The position numbers were made by a program, and so were the translations under genes. The notes under the pieces are model-generated. The model was not told the DNA's origin and searched no databases. It worked only from the letters and a program-made list of their open reading frames with translations. From an uncultured Acidobacteriota bacterium (GTDB taxonomy: Bacteria > Acidobacteriota > Thermoanaerobaculia > Gp7-AA8), in assembly GCA_963822445.1 (NCBI GenBank), contig CAWGHO010000003.1, positions 1,536,001-1,600,000 on the forward strand: a stretch of 64,000 bases of DNA, written 5' to 3'. Of this stretch, positions 49,054 to 59,093 are shown piece by piece. How positions within the stretch are numbered: position 1 is the stretch's first letter; the number at the start of each line of letters is the position of its first letter.

Positions 49054-51014
49054 CATTTCTGGAAGAGCCGCTCGTTCGCGATGAGGCCGCGGGTCATGTC
49101 GTTCGCGTGGGTGCGCGCTGCGGCGATGCGGGCCTCGCTGTCCGGCTCGCGCAACAGGACGCTGACCTGGGCGCGTTTGAAGAGGGCCAGCGGATACGCG
49201 GGATGGGAGGCGGGCACGCGATCGAGGGCGTCGCGCGCCGCCTCGAACCGCCGCACGGCGAGATAGAGAACGCCGAGCTCGAGATGATTGCGAAACGCGT
49301 CGCCCTGGGCCGCGCGCGCTTTTTCGAAGGCGTCGATGGCCGCCGCGGTCTGTCCGATTTCCATGGCCATCTCGCCGACGCGCAGGAGCTCCGCGGGCGT
49401 GGCGGCGCGTTTCGCGTAGATCTTCTGCCGTAGCGCGATGGCGTCGGGAAGCTGGCCCTGGCGTTCGCGAATCACGGCCAGCGCCTGCAGCGCCGGAAGG
49501 CGATCGGGATCCTCGGCCACCACGCGCTCGAGCAGCGGAACCGCGCGTGGCCAGTCGCGGCCGCGCGCGAGATGCAACGCAAAGTACGTTCGTACATCCG
49601 CCGAGTCAGGCGCGATCTGTTGCGCGCGCAGAAAGGCGGCTTCCGCCTTAGCGTCGTGGCCCAGCGAAGAATGCGCGGTCGCGAGCCGCAGCGCGCAATC
49701 GAGGTTGTACGGATCGGCCGCGAGGATCTTTTCCAGCAGTGGAACGACCTCCGCGTACTGTCCGCGGACGAACAGCGCCGACGCGCGGTCGAGGGAATCG
49801 AAGAGATGGGCCATGTCCGCGGCGCGGGGAGCGTCCTTGCGAACGACGGGCTTCACGCCCGCTGAGACGTATCCGAGGCTGGCCAGCTTCTGCCGCTCTT
49901 CCTCACTCAATGAAGATGAGGGCGGCGGCGCGGCGAGCGAGGGCAGGGGATAGTCGCGCAATGCTGCACGTGCCACGCGGGGGATGCCAGACGCGGAAAG
50001 ATCGCGCGTCTCGCGCGGATCGGCGATGACGTCGTACAGCTCGGTCTTGCCGCCCGAAAGGATCGTTTTCTGATTCCGTTCGACGGCCATGGTCTGCGGC
50101 TGCCATCCGTAATCGAGAAAGGGCTTCATCGCTTCGCCGAGGATCACGCCTTCGTGCTCGCTGCGCAGGCTGTGCGTTGCGTCGACGCCGGCCCAGTCGA
50201 GAATCGTGTGAAAGATGCGCCGCGTGCTGACTGGCGCGGCAGTCGCGCCGGGCGTGAATCCGGGACCTTCGATGATCAGCGGCACGTGCATCGTCGACTG
50301 GTAGAGCAGGTTCCCGTGCTGCGCCTCGCCATGCTCGCCGAGCCCCTCGCCATGATCCGCCGCGATGACGATGGCGACCGGCGTCTTCGCGTGCTTGCGG
50401 AAGGCCTCGACGAGCCTGCCGACCTGTGCGTCCATCGACGCGATCTCGCCGGCGTACGTCGGAACGTACGGATGATGCGGGTCGTAGTAATGCACCCACA
50501 GAAACAGCGGCTTGTCGCGCGGATCGCTCAGGAACGGGAGGACGCGCTCGTTCGTCTGCGCCGCGGTGCGCTCCACTGCCTCGCCGCCGAACTCGTCGTC
50601 GTAGCGCTCGAATCCACGCCCGAGCCCGAACCTTCGTGCGAGCGCAAACGTCGACACGAACGCCGCGGTCGCGTAACCGCGCTCGCGAAGCTTTTCGGGA
50701 AGGAGCGGATGCTGTTCGCCGAGATACCGTCCATTCTCGTGAACCCCATGTCCGGCCGGATACAGGCCGGTCATCATCGAGCTGTGCGAGGGAAGCGTCT
50801 GCGGCGTCGTGGCGTACGCCTGCGTGAAAACGCGGCCGCGCGCCGCGACGGCATTGATCGACGGCGTGCGCGGCCCGATCGCGTCCGCGCGAGTGGTGTC
50901 GAGGGTGATCAGGAGGATCGAGGGCTTCGGAGTATCGGCCGCGACCGGAGCAACCGCCTCACGTTTGGAGCAGGCGATCAGGAACAGAAGAAGAACCGCG
51001 GCACGCCGGAGCAT
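49053..51014 (-). CDS. Sulfatase-like hydrolase/transferase with TPR repeats, lipoprotein
   Basis: LIAC lipobox; ITLDTTRAD, QTLPSHSSMMTG, HYYDPH, ADHGEGLGEHGE; C-terminal TPRs. Confidence 0.88.
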   Translation of the reverse strand: MLRRAAVLLLFLIACSKREAVAPVAADTPKPSILLITLDTTRADAIGPRTPSINAVAARGRVFTQAYATTPQTLPSHSSMMTGLYPAGHGVHENGRYLGEQHPLLPEKLRERGYATAAFVSTFALARRFGLGRGFERYDDEFGGEAVERTAAQTNERVLPFLSDPRDKPLFLWVHYYDPHHPYVPTYAGEIASMDAQVGRLVEAFRKHAKTPVAIVIAADHGEGLGEHGEAQHGNLLYQSTMHVPLIIEGPGFTPGATAAPVSTRRIFHTILDWAGVDATHSLRSEHEGVILGEAMKPFLDYGWQPQTMAVERNQKTILSGGKTELYDVIADPRETRDLSASGIPRVARAALRDYPLPSLAAPPPSSSLSEEERQKLASLGYVSAGVKPVVRKDAPRAADMAHLFDSLDRASALFVRGQYAEVVPLLEKILAADPYNLDCALRLATAHSSLGHDAKAEAAFLRAQQIAPDSADVRTYFALHLARGRDWPRAVPLLERVVAEDPDRLPALQALAVIRERQGQLPDAIALRQKIYAKRAATPAELLRVGEMAMEIGQTAAAIDAFEKARAAQGDAFRNHLELGVLYLAVRRFEAARDALDRVPASHPAYPLALFKRAQVSVLLREPDSEARIAAARTHANDMTRGLIANERLFQK

Positions 51015-51049
51015 CGCGGCATTCTAGGGGAGCGGTTACCATCGCCCGC

Positions 51050-51628
51050 ATGCTGAATTACATCTGGTTCGGTCTGATGGCGATCGCGCTCGTGATCGCG
51101 GCATTCAACGGGACCGCCGAGGCGGTGTCGAAGGCGGCGGTGGACTCGGCGAAGACGGCTGTGGAGATTGCGATCGGCCTCGTCGGCGTGATGACGCTCT
51201 GGCTGGGCATGATGCGCATCGCCGAAGCAGCGGGCCTGGTCGCCCTCCTCGGCCGCGCATTGCGCCCCGTCCTGCGATGGCTCTTTCCTGAAGTGCCGGC
51301 CGAGCATCCTGCGAACGGCGCGATCGTAATGTCCATCGCCGCGAACATGCTCGGCCTCAACAACGCCGCCACGCCGCTCGGCATCAAGGCGATGGAAGAG
51401 CTGCAGACGCTTAACGAAGACAAGGAAACGGCCAGCAACCCCATGGTCACCTTCATGGCCCTCAACACCTCGGGCGTGCAGCTCATCCCGACCACGATGA
51501 TCGGGATTCTTCTCGCGGCCGGCTCGATCAATCCCACCTGGATCATCGCGCCGTCGCTCGTCGCGACGTTCACCGGCACCGTCGCGGCGGTTCTCGCCGC
51601 GAAGATGTTGCAGAGGTTCTACCGATGA
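51050..51628 (+). CDS. spmA: SpmA-like nucleoside-recognition (Gate) membrane protein
   Basis: MLNYIW, LWLGMMRIAE, ANMLGLNNAATPLGIKAM. Confidence 0.9.
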   Translation: MLNYIWFGLMAIALVIAAFNGTAEAVSKAAVDSAKTAVEIAIGLVGVMTLWLGMMRIAEAAGLVALLGRALRPVLRWLFPEVPAEHPANGAIVMSIAANMLGLNNAATPLGIKAMEELQTLNEDKETASNPMVTFMALNTSGVQLIPTTMIGILLAAGSINPTWIIAPSLVATFTGTVAAVLAAKMLQRFYR

Positions 51629-52158
51629 TCCGCTACACCCTCGAGCAGATCTCGCTGTGGGCCATCCCGGTCCTGCTGGTCACCATTCCGTTGATCGGCC
51701 TCATTCGCAAGGTGAAGGTCTACGACGTGTTCGTCGACGGCGCAAAGGAAGGCTTCGGCGTGGCGGTGAACATCATCCCGTTTCTGGTCGGCCTGCTCGT
51801 GGCCATCGGCATGTTCCGCGCGTCGGGCGCGATGGATCTGTTGACCGCGGCGCTGAAGCCGGTCATGGCGGCGACCGGATTTCCGGCCGAACTCTTTCCG
51901 CTGGCGATTCTGCGCACGCTGACCGGAAGCGGCTCCCTCGCGTTCACAACGGACCTGATCAAAACCTACGGACCCGATTCGCTGATCGGCCGCATGGCCG
52001 CGACGATGTACGGCAGCTCGGAGACGACGTTTTACGTGCTGGCGGTGTATTTCGGCGCGGTCGCGGTGAAGCGCACGCGCCATGCGGTGCCGGCGGCGTT
52101 GATCGGGGATCTAGTCGCCGCGATCGCGACCGTTGCCATCTGTATGTGGATGTTCTGA
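51625..52158 (+). CDS. spmB: SpmB-like membrane protein
   Basis: FVDGAKEGF, GSSETTFYVLAVYFG, RHAVPAAL. Confidence 0.9.
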   Translation: MIRYTLEQISLWAIPVLLVTIPLIGLIRKVKVYDVFVDGAKEGFGVAVNIIPFLVGLLVAIGMFRASGAMDLLTAALKPVMAATGFPAELFPLAILRTLTGSGSLAFTTDLIKTYGPDSLIGRMAATMYGSSETTFYVLAVYFGAVAVKRTRHAVPAALIGDLVAAIATVAICMWMF

Positions 52159-52256
52159 CTCTGGAGTGCGGCAGCAAAGCTGCCGCTCTGGCTTGCGCGA
52201 GCCGCAGCTCGCGCTGCGGCAAGTGAGAGCGGCGGCTTTGCCGCCGCAGTCCAGAG
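52159..52256. repeat. REPIN-like inverted doublet, family C (GGAGTGCGGCAGCAAAGCTGCCGCT)
   Basis: 31-nt arms 52159-52189 and 52226-52256, central hairpin GCCGCAGC-TCGC-GCTGCGGC; fills the entire gap between two stop codons. Confidence 0.88.
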
Positions 52257-53525
52257 CTAACGCTTCGGCCTCGAAACGAAATAAACAATCGCCCCCACCG
52301 TCAACGCGATCGCCGCGGCTAACAGCTTCCATCGATCGAGCGTCACCACGAACGCCAGCGCCACCAGCGTCCCGAGAATCGGCACGATGAGTCCCGGCGT
52401 GCGGAACCCTTCATTCAGTTTCCGCAGGCGCGGCACGGCCAGGCAGGTTGCGAGATACGTCGCCAGGCGCGCGGTCGCGGAGAGCAACGCCAGTTGCCGG
52501 AACGAGCCACCGAGTGCGAGGCCGAGGGCCACCGCCGTGTGAATGGCGATGGCAACGCTGGGCGTGCGGAATCGCGGATGCACGAACGAGACAGGTCCCA
52601 TGCGCCGGTCCAGTGACAGCGCGTACAGCATGCGCGAGCCCTCGAGCATCGTCCCGGAGTTCGTCCCGGCCATCGACATCAGCGCGCCGACGGTCACGAT
52701 CAACGCGCCAATCGGGCCGATGATCGCCGAAGCCGCGGATGCGATCGGCGTGTCGGTCTGCGACAGATCCGGCAGCGCGGACATCGCCCCGAGCTGCACG
52801 AGCGCGTAAATCGTCGCGATCACCAGAATGCCCGTGATCAGCGCAAACGGCAGATCGCGGCGCGGGTTCTTGTATTCACCCGCGGGAACACCGAGATTCT
52901 CGAAGCCGGCGTACGCGAAGAGCATGAACAACGCAGCGTCGACCCACTTCGTCCCCGGACCCGGCAACGTGAACGACTGCGGGATCGGGTTGGTCTTCCA
53001 GACGATGAGCGCCAGCAGGATGAAACCGATCAGCGGTACGAGCTTGCCGAAGGTGAAGATGTAGATCGATGCCGCGCCGTAGCGGACGCCGAGGTAGTGG
53101 ATCAGGGCGAGGATGAGAATCGTGGCGGTGATCACCATCGCCCGCGGAACGCCGGTTTTCAGTCCCGGTGCAAGCAACGCCAGCGCGACCACGAACCCGT
53201 TCGACAGCGAGGCCAGCGACGTAACGCGAGCGAGCCAGTTCATCCAGCCCGTTTCGAATCCGATGAAATCGCCGAACGCGGTCTTGGCGTACAGATACGC
53301 GCCGCCCGGTTCGCTGAAATGACTCGAAGCCTCGGCAAAACAGAGCGTCAGGATCAGCACCGGCACCGCAAACAGCAGTGGCGCCCAGAGCGAGAACGGT
53401 CCGAGAAGCTTGTACGACTCGGTCGGCAGGAGGAACACTCCCGAGCCGATGACGGCGTTGATGCACATCGCCACCAGGCCCCAGAAGCCGACGGTTCTGA
53501 CGAGTTTCTCGGTGCGGTCGTTCAT
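52257..53525 (-). CDS. APC family amino acid permease
   Basis: INAVIGSGVF, GGAYLY, FAYAGFE, GEYKNPRRDLP; about 12 TM. Confidence 0.92.
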   Translation of the reverse strand: MNDRTEKLVRTVGFWGLVAMCINAVIGSGVFLLPTESYKLLGPFSLWAPLLFAVPVLILTLCFAEASSHFSEPGGAYLYAKTAFGDFIGFETGWMNWLARVTSLASLSNGFVVALALLAPGLKTGVPRAMVITATILILALIHYLGVRYGAASIYIFTFGKLVPLIGFILLALIVWKTNPIPQSFTLPGPGTKWVDAALFMLFAYAGFENLGVPAGEYKNPRRDLPFALITGILVIATIYALVQLGAMSALPDLSQTDTPIASAASAIIGPIGALIVTVGALMSMAGTNSGTMLEGSRMLYALSLDRRMGPVSFVHPRFRTPSVAIAIHTAVALGLALGGSFRQLALLSATARLATYLATCLAVPRLRKLNEGFRTPGLIVPILGTLVALAFVVTLDRWKLLAAAIALTVGAIVYFVSRPKR

Positions 53526-55234
53526 CGCCGGTACCCTCTTCCTCGAATCGTCTTCCCGGGGAGCGCGCCGGTCATCTTCCCATCGCGCAGCACCGGGACC
53601 CCATTCACGATCACGTCGTTGATGCCTTCCGAGAAACGGTGGACGTCGGTGAATGTCGAAGGATCGCTGACCGTTTCCGGATCGAACACGACGATGTCCG
53701 CCTTCATCCCCGGCTTGAGCAGCCCGCGGTCATGCACGTTGATGCGCAGCGCGGCCTGTGAGGTGATCTTCCGGACCGCTTCCTCGATCGGGAACAGCTT
53801 CACATCGCGGACGTAGTGGCCGATGACGCGCGGGAACGTGCCGTACGCGCGGGGATGCATGGCGATGTTGCTCGCGCGCTGCGCCGCGGTGGGGGAGCTG
53901 GCGTCGGACCCGACCGAAACGAACGGCTGTTTGAGCGCATACCGCACGTCCTCTTCATTCATCGAGAAGTAGATTACGCGCGGCGAGTTTTCTTCCGCGG
54001 CAAACAGGCGGATCAGCGCTTCATCGACGCTGACGCCCATCTCCGCGGCGATGTCCTCGATGTACTTCTTCGCGTACTGGTTGCTCGGTCCGAAGATGTG
54101 CGCGACGAAGATGCCTTTCTCGCCACGCCGCGCGAACTGCGCACGGAAGGCTTCGGCGATCTTCGCGCGATGCTCGGGATCCTCGAGGCGCTTGCGGAAG
54201 TCGTCGTAGCCGCCTTCCATCGCCCAGTCGGGTGCGAGCGTGCTCAGGGCAGTCGAGGAGGCCGCGTATGGATAAATGTTCGCGGAGACGTCGATGCCTG
54301 AACGGCGTGCTTCCTCGATGCGGGCGATGATCTGCGGCATCCTTCCCCAGTTCGGGCGGCCGCCGATCTTGAGATGCCAGATGTTGACGGGGATTCCCGA
54401 CTCGTGGCCGATGCGGAACGCTTCGTCGAGCGCGGAGTCGATGCGATCGCCCTCGTCGCGGATGTGTGAGAAGTAAACGCCGCCGTACTTGTGCGCGACG
54501 CGCGACAGATTCACCAGCTCCTCGGGTGTCGAGAACATCGCCGGAACGTAAATCAGCGACGAGCCGATGCCCACCGCGCCGTCGAGCATGGCCTGCTCGA
54601 CGATTCGCTCCATCTCCTCCATCTCTGCGGCGGTGGGCTGGCGGTTGATGTCGCCGATGACGATCTCGCGCGGATTCGATGCGCCGAGGAGCATGGCGAA
54701 GTTGATGGCCGCACCGCGACGGTCGACTTCATCGAGGTACTGGCCGAGGGTCAGCCAGCGCTCGCCAGGTTTCACGCGATCGGCTTTGTAGGGGCCCGGC
54801 GAGTTGCCCTCGCCGCCAAGATGCGTGGTGACGCCCTGGCGGACGGTTGCCTCGAGATGCGGATCGTCGATGACCGTCGACTGCGACCAGCCGAGGAGAT
54901 CGATGAAGCCGGGCGAGACGATCTGGTTGCGGGCGTCGATGGTTGATCTGGCTTTGACGACGGAAAGATCGCCGATCGCGACGATCGTGTCGCCGCGCAC
55001 GCCGATGTCCGCGCGAAACCAGGGAGAGCCGGTGCCGTCGAGGATGCGGCCGTTGGTGATTTTCAGATCCAACATGTTTGGTTTGAGCTTCGTGGTCGCA
55101 CAGGCCGTGGTGAGAAGGATGAGCAGCGCGGCGGCGCCGAGTCGCAGAGTCTCAGAGTCGCAGAGTCTCAAAGAATGATTCTGTTCGCGAATGCCCTCTC
55201 TGAGACTTTGAGACTCTGCGACTCTGAGACTCAT
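53522..55234 (-). CDS. N-acyl-D-amino-acid deacylase family amidohydrolase, lipoprotein
   Basis: DGTGSPWFRADIG, PGFID, SHIRDE, GSDA, HPRAYGTFPR, ADIVVFD; lipobox TTAC. Confidence 0.88.
   Translation of the reverse strand: MSLRVAESQSLREGIREQNHSLRLCDSETLRLGAAALLILLTTACATTKLKPNMLDLKITNGRILDGTGSPWFRADIGVRGDTIVAIGDLSVVKARSTIDARNQIVSPGFIDLLGWSQSTVIDDPHLEATVRQGVTTHLGGEGNSPGPYKADRVKPGERWLTLGQYLDEVDRRGAAINFAMLLGASNPREIVIGDINRQPTAAEMEEMERIVEQAMLDGAVGIGSSLIYVPAMFSTPEELVNLSRVAHKYGGVYFSHIRDEGDRIDSALDEAFRIGHESGIPVNIWHLKIGGRPNWGRMPQIIARIEEARRSGIDVSANIYPYAASSTALSTLAPDWAMEGGYDDFRKRLEDPEHRAKIAEAFRAQFARRGEKGIFVAHIFGPSNQYAKKYIEDIAAEMGVSVDEALIRLFAAEENSPRVIYFSMNEEDVRYALKQPFVSVGSDASSPTAAQRASNIAMHPRAYGTFPRVIGHYVRDVKLFPIEEAVRKITSQAALRINVHDRGLLKPGMKADIVVFDPETVSDPSTFTDVHRFSEGINDVIVNGVPVLRDGKMTGALPGKTIRGRGYRR
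55139..55232. repeat. Inverted octamer array (GAGTCKCA / TGMGACTC), family E
   Basis: 4 x GAGTCGCA/GAGTCTCA, spacer, then 4 x reverse complement. Confidence 0.85.
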
Positions 55235-56496
55235 TCCATCCCCCTCACCAAGTCCGCCATCTCCTGCCTGTTCCGGATCACCCGCACCTCATCGCCGTCG
55301 ACGAGGATCTCCGGCGGCAACAGGCGGGCGTTGTAGTGGGAGGCCATGGAGAAGCCGTAGGCGCCGGCGTCGCAGAAGGCGAGGAGGTCGCCGACTTCGA
55401 CGCGATCGATCGTGCGGGTCTGGGCGCGGCCCTCGACGCGCGTGAACACGTCGCCGGACTCGCAGAGGTTGCCGGCCACTACGACCTTCTCGCGCGTCGC
55501 CTCATCGCGCCATGATCCGCGCAACGATGCTTCGCTGCCGCGGGAGGCGTTGATGATGTGGTGATACGCGCCGTACTTCGACGGACGGACCAGGTGATTG
55601 AAGCCGGTGTCGCAGCCGATCCAGTCCACGCCCGCGCTGATGCGCCGGCTGGTCGTCCGGGCCAGCAGCGTTCCCGATGAGGCGACGACGTAGCGGCCCG
55701 GCTCGAGAATCGCGGTGAGGTCGCGCGCCCGCATCATCGCGCCGGCCACGCGGGCCAGCTCCGCGCCGTATTCGTCGATCGGGAACTCGCTGTCGGCCGG
55801 TTTGTACGGCGTGGAGATCCCGCCGCCGAAATTGATCCAGCGCAGGTTCGGGAAACCGGGAGCCAGCTCCAGCAGCGCCCGCGCGGCCTGGATCAGCGGC
55901 GCAATCCTGTCGATGCCCGATCCGATGTGCGAATGCAGACCGACGACCTTGCGTCCGGCGTCTTCCACGAGAATGCGGGCCTCGTTGATCTCGGCGAGAT
56001 CGATCCCGAACTTCACGCTGTCGCCCGCGGTGATGACGTCGCTGTGATGCCCCGCGCCGACGTCGGGATTGACCCGGAGAGCGATGGGATTCTCGAGATC
56101 GACGCTGAGCACGCGGTCGATCTCGGACATGGAGTTCACGTTGATGACGATGCCCGGGTAGGGGATGGCCCGCAGGTCTTCGTCGGAAACGTTCGAGCAG
56201 GTGAACCAGATCTCGTCTGCCTGATAGCCGGCCGCGCGCGCGAGGTAGATCTCGCCGGGCGACACGGCGTCGCAGCCGAAGCCATGCTCGCGGATCATGC
56301 GCAGGATGGACACGTTGCCGTTCGCCTTCATCGCGTAAAACGGGCGGAAGGGGAGGCCGGCGAAGGCGTTCTTCACCTTCTCGATCTGCGTGCGGATCGC
56401 CGCGGCGTCGTAAACGTAAAGAGGGGTTCCGAAGCGGGCCGCGAGCTCCGCGGCGGCAACGTCACCGATGTACAGGTATCCGGACCGATACTCCAT
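55231..56496 (-). CDS. lysA: Diaminopimelate decarboxylase
   Basis: FGTPLYVYD, YAMKAN, HSHIGS, EPGR, GNLCESGD, AGAYGFSMAS. Confidence 0.93.
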   Translation of the reverse strand: MEYRSGYLYIGDVAAAELAARFGTPLYVYDAAAIRTQIEKVKNAFAGLPFRPFYAMKANGNVSILRMIREHGFGCDAVSPGEIYLARAAGYQADEIWFTCSNVSDEDLRAIPYPGIVINVNSMSEIDRVLSVDLENPIALRVNPDVGAGHHSDVITAGDSVKFGIDLAEINEARILVEDAGRKVVGLHSHIGSGIDRIAPLIQAARALLELAPGFPNLRWINFGGGISTPYKPADSEFPIDEYGAELARVAGAMMRARDLTAILEPGRYVVASSGTLLARTTSRRISAGVDWIGCDTGFNHLVRPSKYGAYHHIINASRGSEASLRGSWRDEATREKVVVAGNLCESGDVFTRVEGRAQTRTIDRVEVGDLLAFCDAGAYGFSMASHYNARLLPPEILVDGDEVRVIRNRQEMADLVRGME

Positions 56497-56536
56497 TTCG
56501 CCGCGCGAGTGTAAGGCATGAGTGATAATTCAACGC

Positions 56537-57331
56537 ATGCAGCAATACCTGTCACTCGTGCAGCACATCCTCGAGAACGGCGCGAAGAAAACCGACCGCA
56601 CCGGCACGGGCACGCTCAGCGTCTTCGGTCATCAGCTTCGCTTCGACCTCGGCGCCGGTTTCCCGCTGCTCACCACCAAGAAGCTGCATCTGCGCTCGAT
56701 CATCTACGAGCTGCTCTGGTTCCTGCGCGGCGAGACGAACGTGAAGTTCCTGCAGGAGAACAAGGTCACGATCTGGGACGAATGGGCGAACGCGGAAGGC
56801 GATCTCGGTCCGGTCTACGGCTATCAGTGGCGCTCCTGGCCGGCCGCGGACGGACGGCACATCGACCAGATCACGAACGTCATCAACGACATCAAACGCA
56901 CGCCGGACTCGCGCCGCCTCGTCGTGAGCGCATGGAACGTCGGTGAGCTCGACAAGATGGCCCTGCAGCCCTGCCACGCGCTCTTCCAGTTCTACGTGGC
57001 CGACGGCAAGCTCTCCTGCCAGATGTACCAGCGCAGCGCCGACGTCTTCCTCGGCGTCCCCTTCAACATCGCCTCGTACGCGCTTCTGACGATGATGGTC
57101 GCGCAGGTCACCGGTCTGCAGCCCGGCGACTTCGTTCACACGCTCGGCGACGCGCACCTTTACTCGAATCATCTCGAGCAGGCCCGCGAGCAGCTCACGC
57201 GCGCGCCGCGGCCGCTGCCGTCGATGCGGCTCAATCCCGAGGTCACTTCGATCTTCGATTTCAAGTTCAGCGACTTCACGCTCGAGAACTACGATCCTCA
57301 TCCGAGCATCAAGGCACCGATCGCCGTATGA
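56537..57331 (+). CDS. thyA: Thymidylate synthase
   Basis: [36 protein letters not shown]. Confidence 0.98.
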   Translation: MQQYLSLVQHILENGAKKTDRTGTGTLSVFGHQLRFDLGAGFPLLTTKKLHLRSIIYELLWFLRGETNVKFLQENKVTIWDEWANAEGDLGPVYGYQWRSWPAADGRHIDQITNVINDIKRTPDSRRLVVSAWNVGELDKMALQPCHALFQFYVADGKLSCQMYQRSADVFLGVPFNIASYALLTMMVAQVTGLQPGDFVHTLGDAHLYSNHLEQAREQLTRAPRPLPSMRLNPEVTSIFDFKFSDFTLENYDPHPSIKAPIAV

Positions 57332-57855
57332 GGCTCTCCATGATTGCCGCGCTGGCGGCGAACGGCGTGATCGGCAGAAACAACGACCTTCCCTGGCACA
57401 TCAGCACCGATCTGAAGCGGCTCAAGAAGCTGACCATGGGCCATCACATGATCATGGGCCGCAAGACCTACGACTCGATCGGCCGTCCGCTGCCCGGACG
57501 GACCTTCATCGTCATCACCGGGAATCCCGAATTCAAAGCCGAAGGCGTGACGGTTACCAACTCACTCGAAGACGCGATTCGCATCGCGGAGCAGTCAGGG
57601 GATGCGGAGCCGTTCATCGCCGGTGGGGCGGTGGTGTTCGAGCAGGCCATCCATCGTGCCGACCGCATGTACCTCACGCGCATCCACGCGGACGTCGAAG
57701 GGGATACGTTCTTCCCCGAGTTCGACGACGTGACGGAGTGGAAGCTCACCGACTCCGAACATTTCGAAGCCGGTGAGAAGGACGAGTATCCCTTCTCCTT
57801 CCTGACCTACGACCGGGTTGCGCCGGCCGGTCATGCCATTCCGGAAGAGGGATAG
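57328..57855 (+). CDS. folA: Dihydrofolate reductase
   Basis: [33 protein letters not shown]; follows thyA. Confidence 0.95.
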   Translation: MRLSMIAALAANGVIGRNNDLPWHISTDLKRLKKLTMGHHMIMGRKTYDSIGRPLPGRTFIVITGNPEFKAEGVTVTNSLEDAIRIAEQSGDAEPFIAGGAVVFEQAIHRADRMYLTRIHADVEGDTFFPEFDDVTEWKLTDSEHFEAGEKDEYPFSFLTYDRVAPAGHAIPEEG

Positions 57856-57866
57856 CCTTTCGCCGC

Positions 57867-59093
57867 ATGTACTGGCGGCTGTTGCGAACGAATCGCGATT
57901 TCAGATTGCTGTACTTCGGCACGCTGATCTCGCTGGGCGGCGACTGGTTCCTCACCGTCGCGCTGCTCGACCTCGTGCTGCAGCTCACCGGCTCGGCCAC
58001 GCTCGCCTCGGTGATGATGCTCTGTCAGACGTTGCCGATCTTTCTGTTCACGCCGCACGCGGGGCATGTCATCGATCGCCTCGACCGGCAGAAGCTGATG
58101 ATCGCCGTCGATCTCGCGCGCGCCGTCGCCTGCCTGCTGCCGTTGCTGGCGCGCACACCGGAAACCCTGCCGTTCGCGTATGCCGGCGTGATCATCATCT
58201 CCATCGGCTCGGCGTACTTCGAGCCGACCTCACACGCCGCGTTGCCGAATCTCGTCGCCGAGGAAGACCTTGGCGCAGCCAACGTGCTTATGGGCTCGAC
58301 GTGGGGAACGATGCTCGCCGTCGGTGCAGCCATCGGCGGACTGGTGACGATGCGGTTCGGCCGCGACGCGTCGTTCGTCATCGATGCGATCAGCTTCGTC
58401 GTCTCGGCGGTGCTGTTGAAGATGATCCGCACGCCATTCGCGGAGACCCGCGACGCCCACCACGTGCAACCGCCGCTTCTTGAATCGATTCGCGAAACGA
58501 TCCGCTTCGCCAAAGCCCATCCCCGCGTGCTCGGCTTGCTCACAGTGAAAGGCGGCTACGGCCTCGGCGCGGGCGTCATCGCCATGCTCAGCGTGTTCGG
58601 TCGCGAGGTCTTCCAGGCCGGCGCCTACGGCATCGGTCTCCTGTTCGCCGCAAGAGGGATGGGCGCGCTGCTCGGCCCGTTCATGGTGCGGGGTATCGCG
58701 CGCCGCGATGAAACGCAGTATCGCGCGATCGCGTTCTGCATCCTCGCGTTCGGTGCGGGTTATGTGGCGCTGGCGTTCTCGAAATCGCTGGCCTTCGGAC
58801 TCCTGGCCATCTTCTTCGCCCACCTCGGCGGCGGAACGGCCTGGCAGATCTCCTCGTATGGATTGCAGCGCGAGACGCCGGACCACATCCGCGGCCGCGT
58901 CTTCGCCGCCGACTACGGCTTCGTCACGCTGACCATGGCCCTGTCGAGCCTCGGTGCCGGAATCGCGTCCGATCGCTACGGTCCGTTGGCGGCCACTGTC
59001 GGAACGGCGATGCTCTCGCTGATGTTCGGCGCCGGCTGGGCGCTCTCGACGTGGCGCCTCTGGAGATCGCCGCGCATCGATCCGCGCACGTAA
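57867..59093 (+). CDS. MFS transporter (DHA3/MFS_3-like)
   Basis: NRDFRLL, GDWF, GHVIDRLDRQKLMI, IRGRVFA; about 12 TM. Confidence 0.9.
   Translation: MYWRLLRTNRDFRLLYFGTLISLGGDWFLTVALLDLVLQLTGSATLASVMMLCQTLPIFLFTPHAGHVIDRLDRQKLMIAVDLARAVACLLPLLARTPETLPFAYAGVIIISIGSAYFEPTSHAALPNLVAEEDLGAANVLMGSTWGTMLAVGAAIGGLVTMRFGRDASFVIDAISFVVSAVLLKMIRTPFAETRDAHHVQPPLLESIRETIRFAKAHPRVLGLLTVKGGYGLGAGVIAMLSVFGREVFQAGAYGIGLLFAARGMGALLGPFMVRGIARRDETQYRAIAFCILAFGAGYVALAFSKSLAFGLLAIFFAHLGGGTAWQISSYGLQRETPDHIRGRVFAADYGFVTLTMALSSLGAGIASDRYGPLAATVGTAMLSLMFGAGWALSTWRLWRSPRIDPRT

Noticed and set aside
51050-52158. spmA/spmB as evidence of sporulation
   Set aside because: These Gate-domain membrane proteins are common in non-sporulating bacteria; no other sporulation genes are present.
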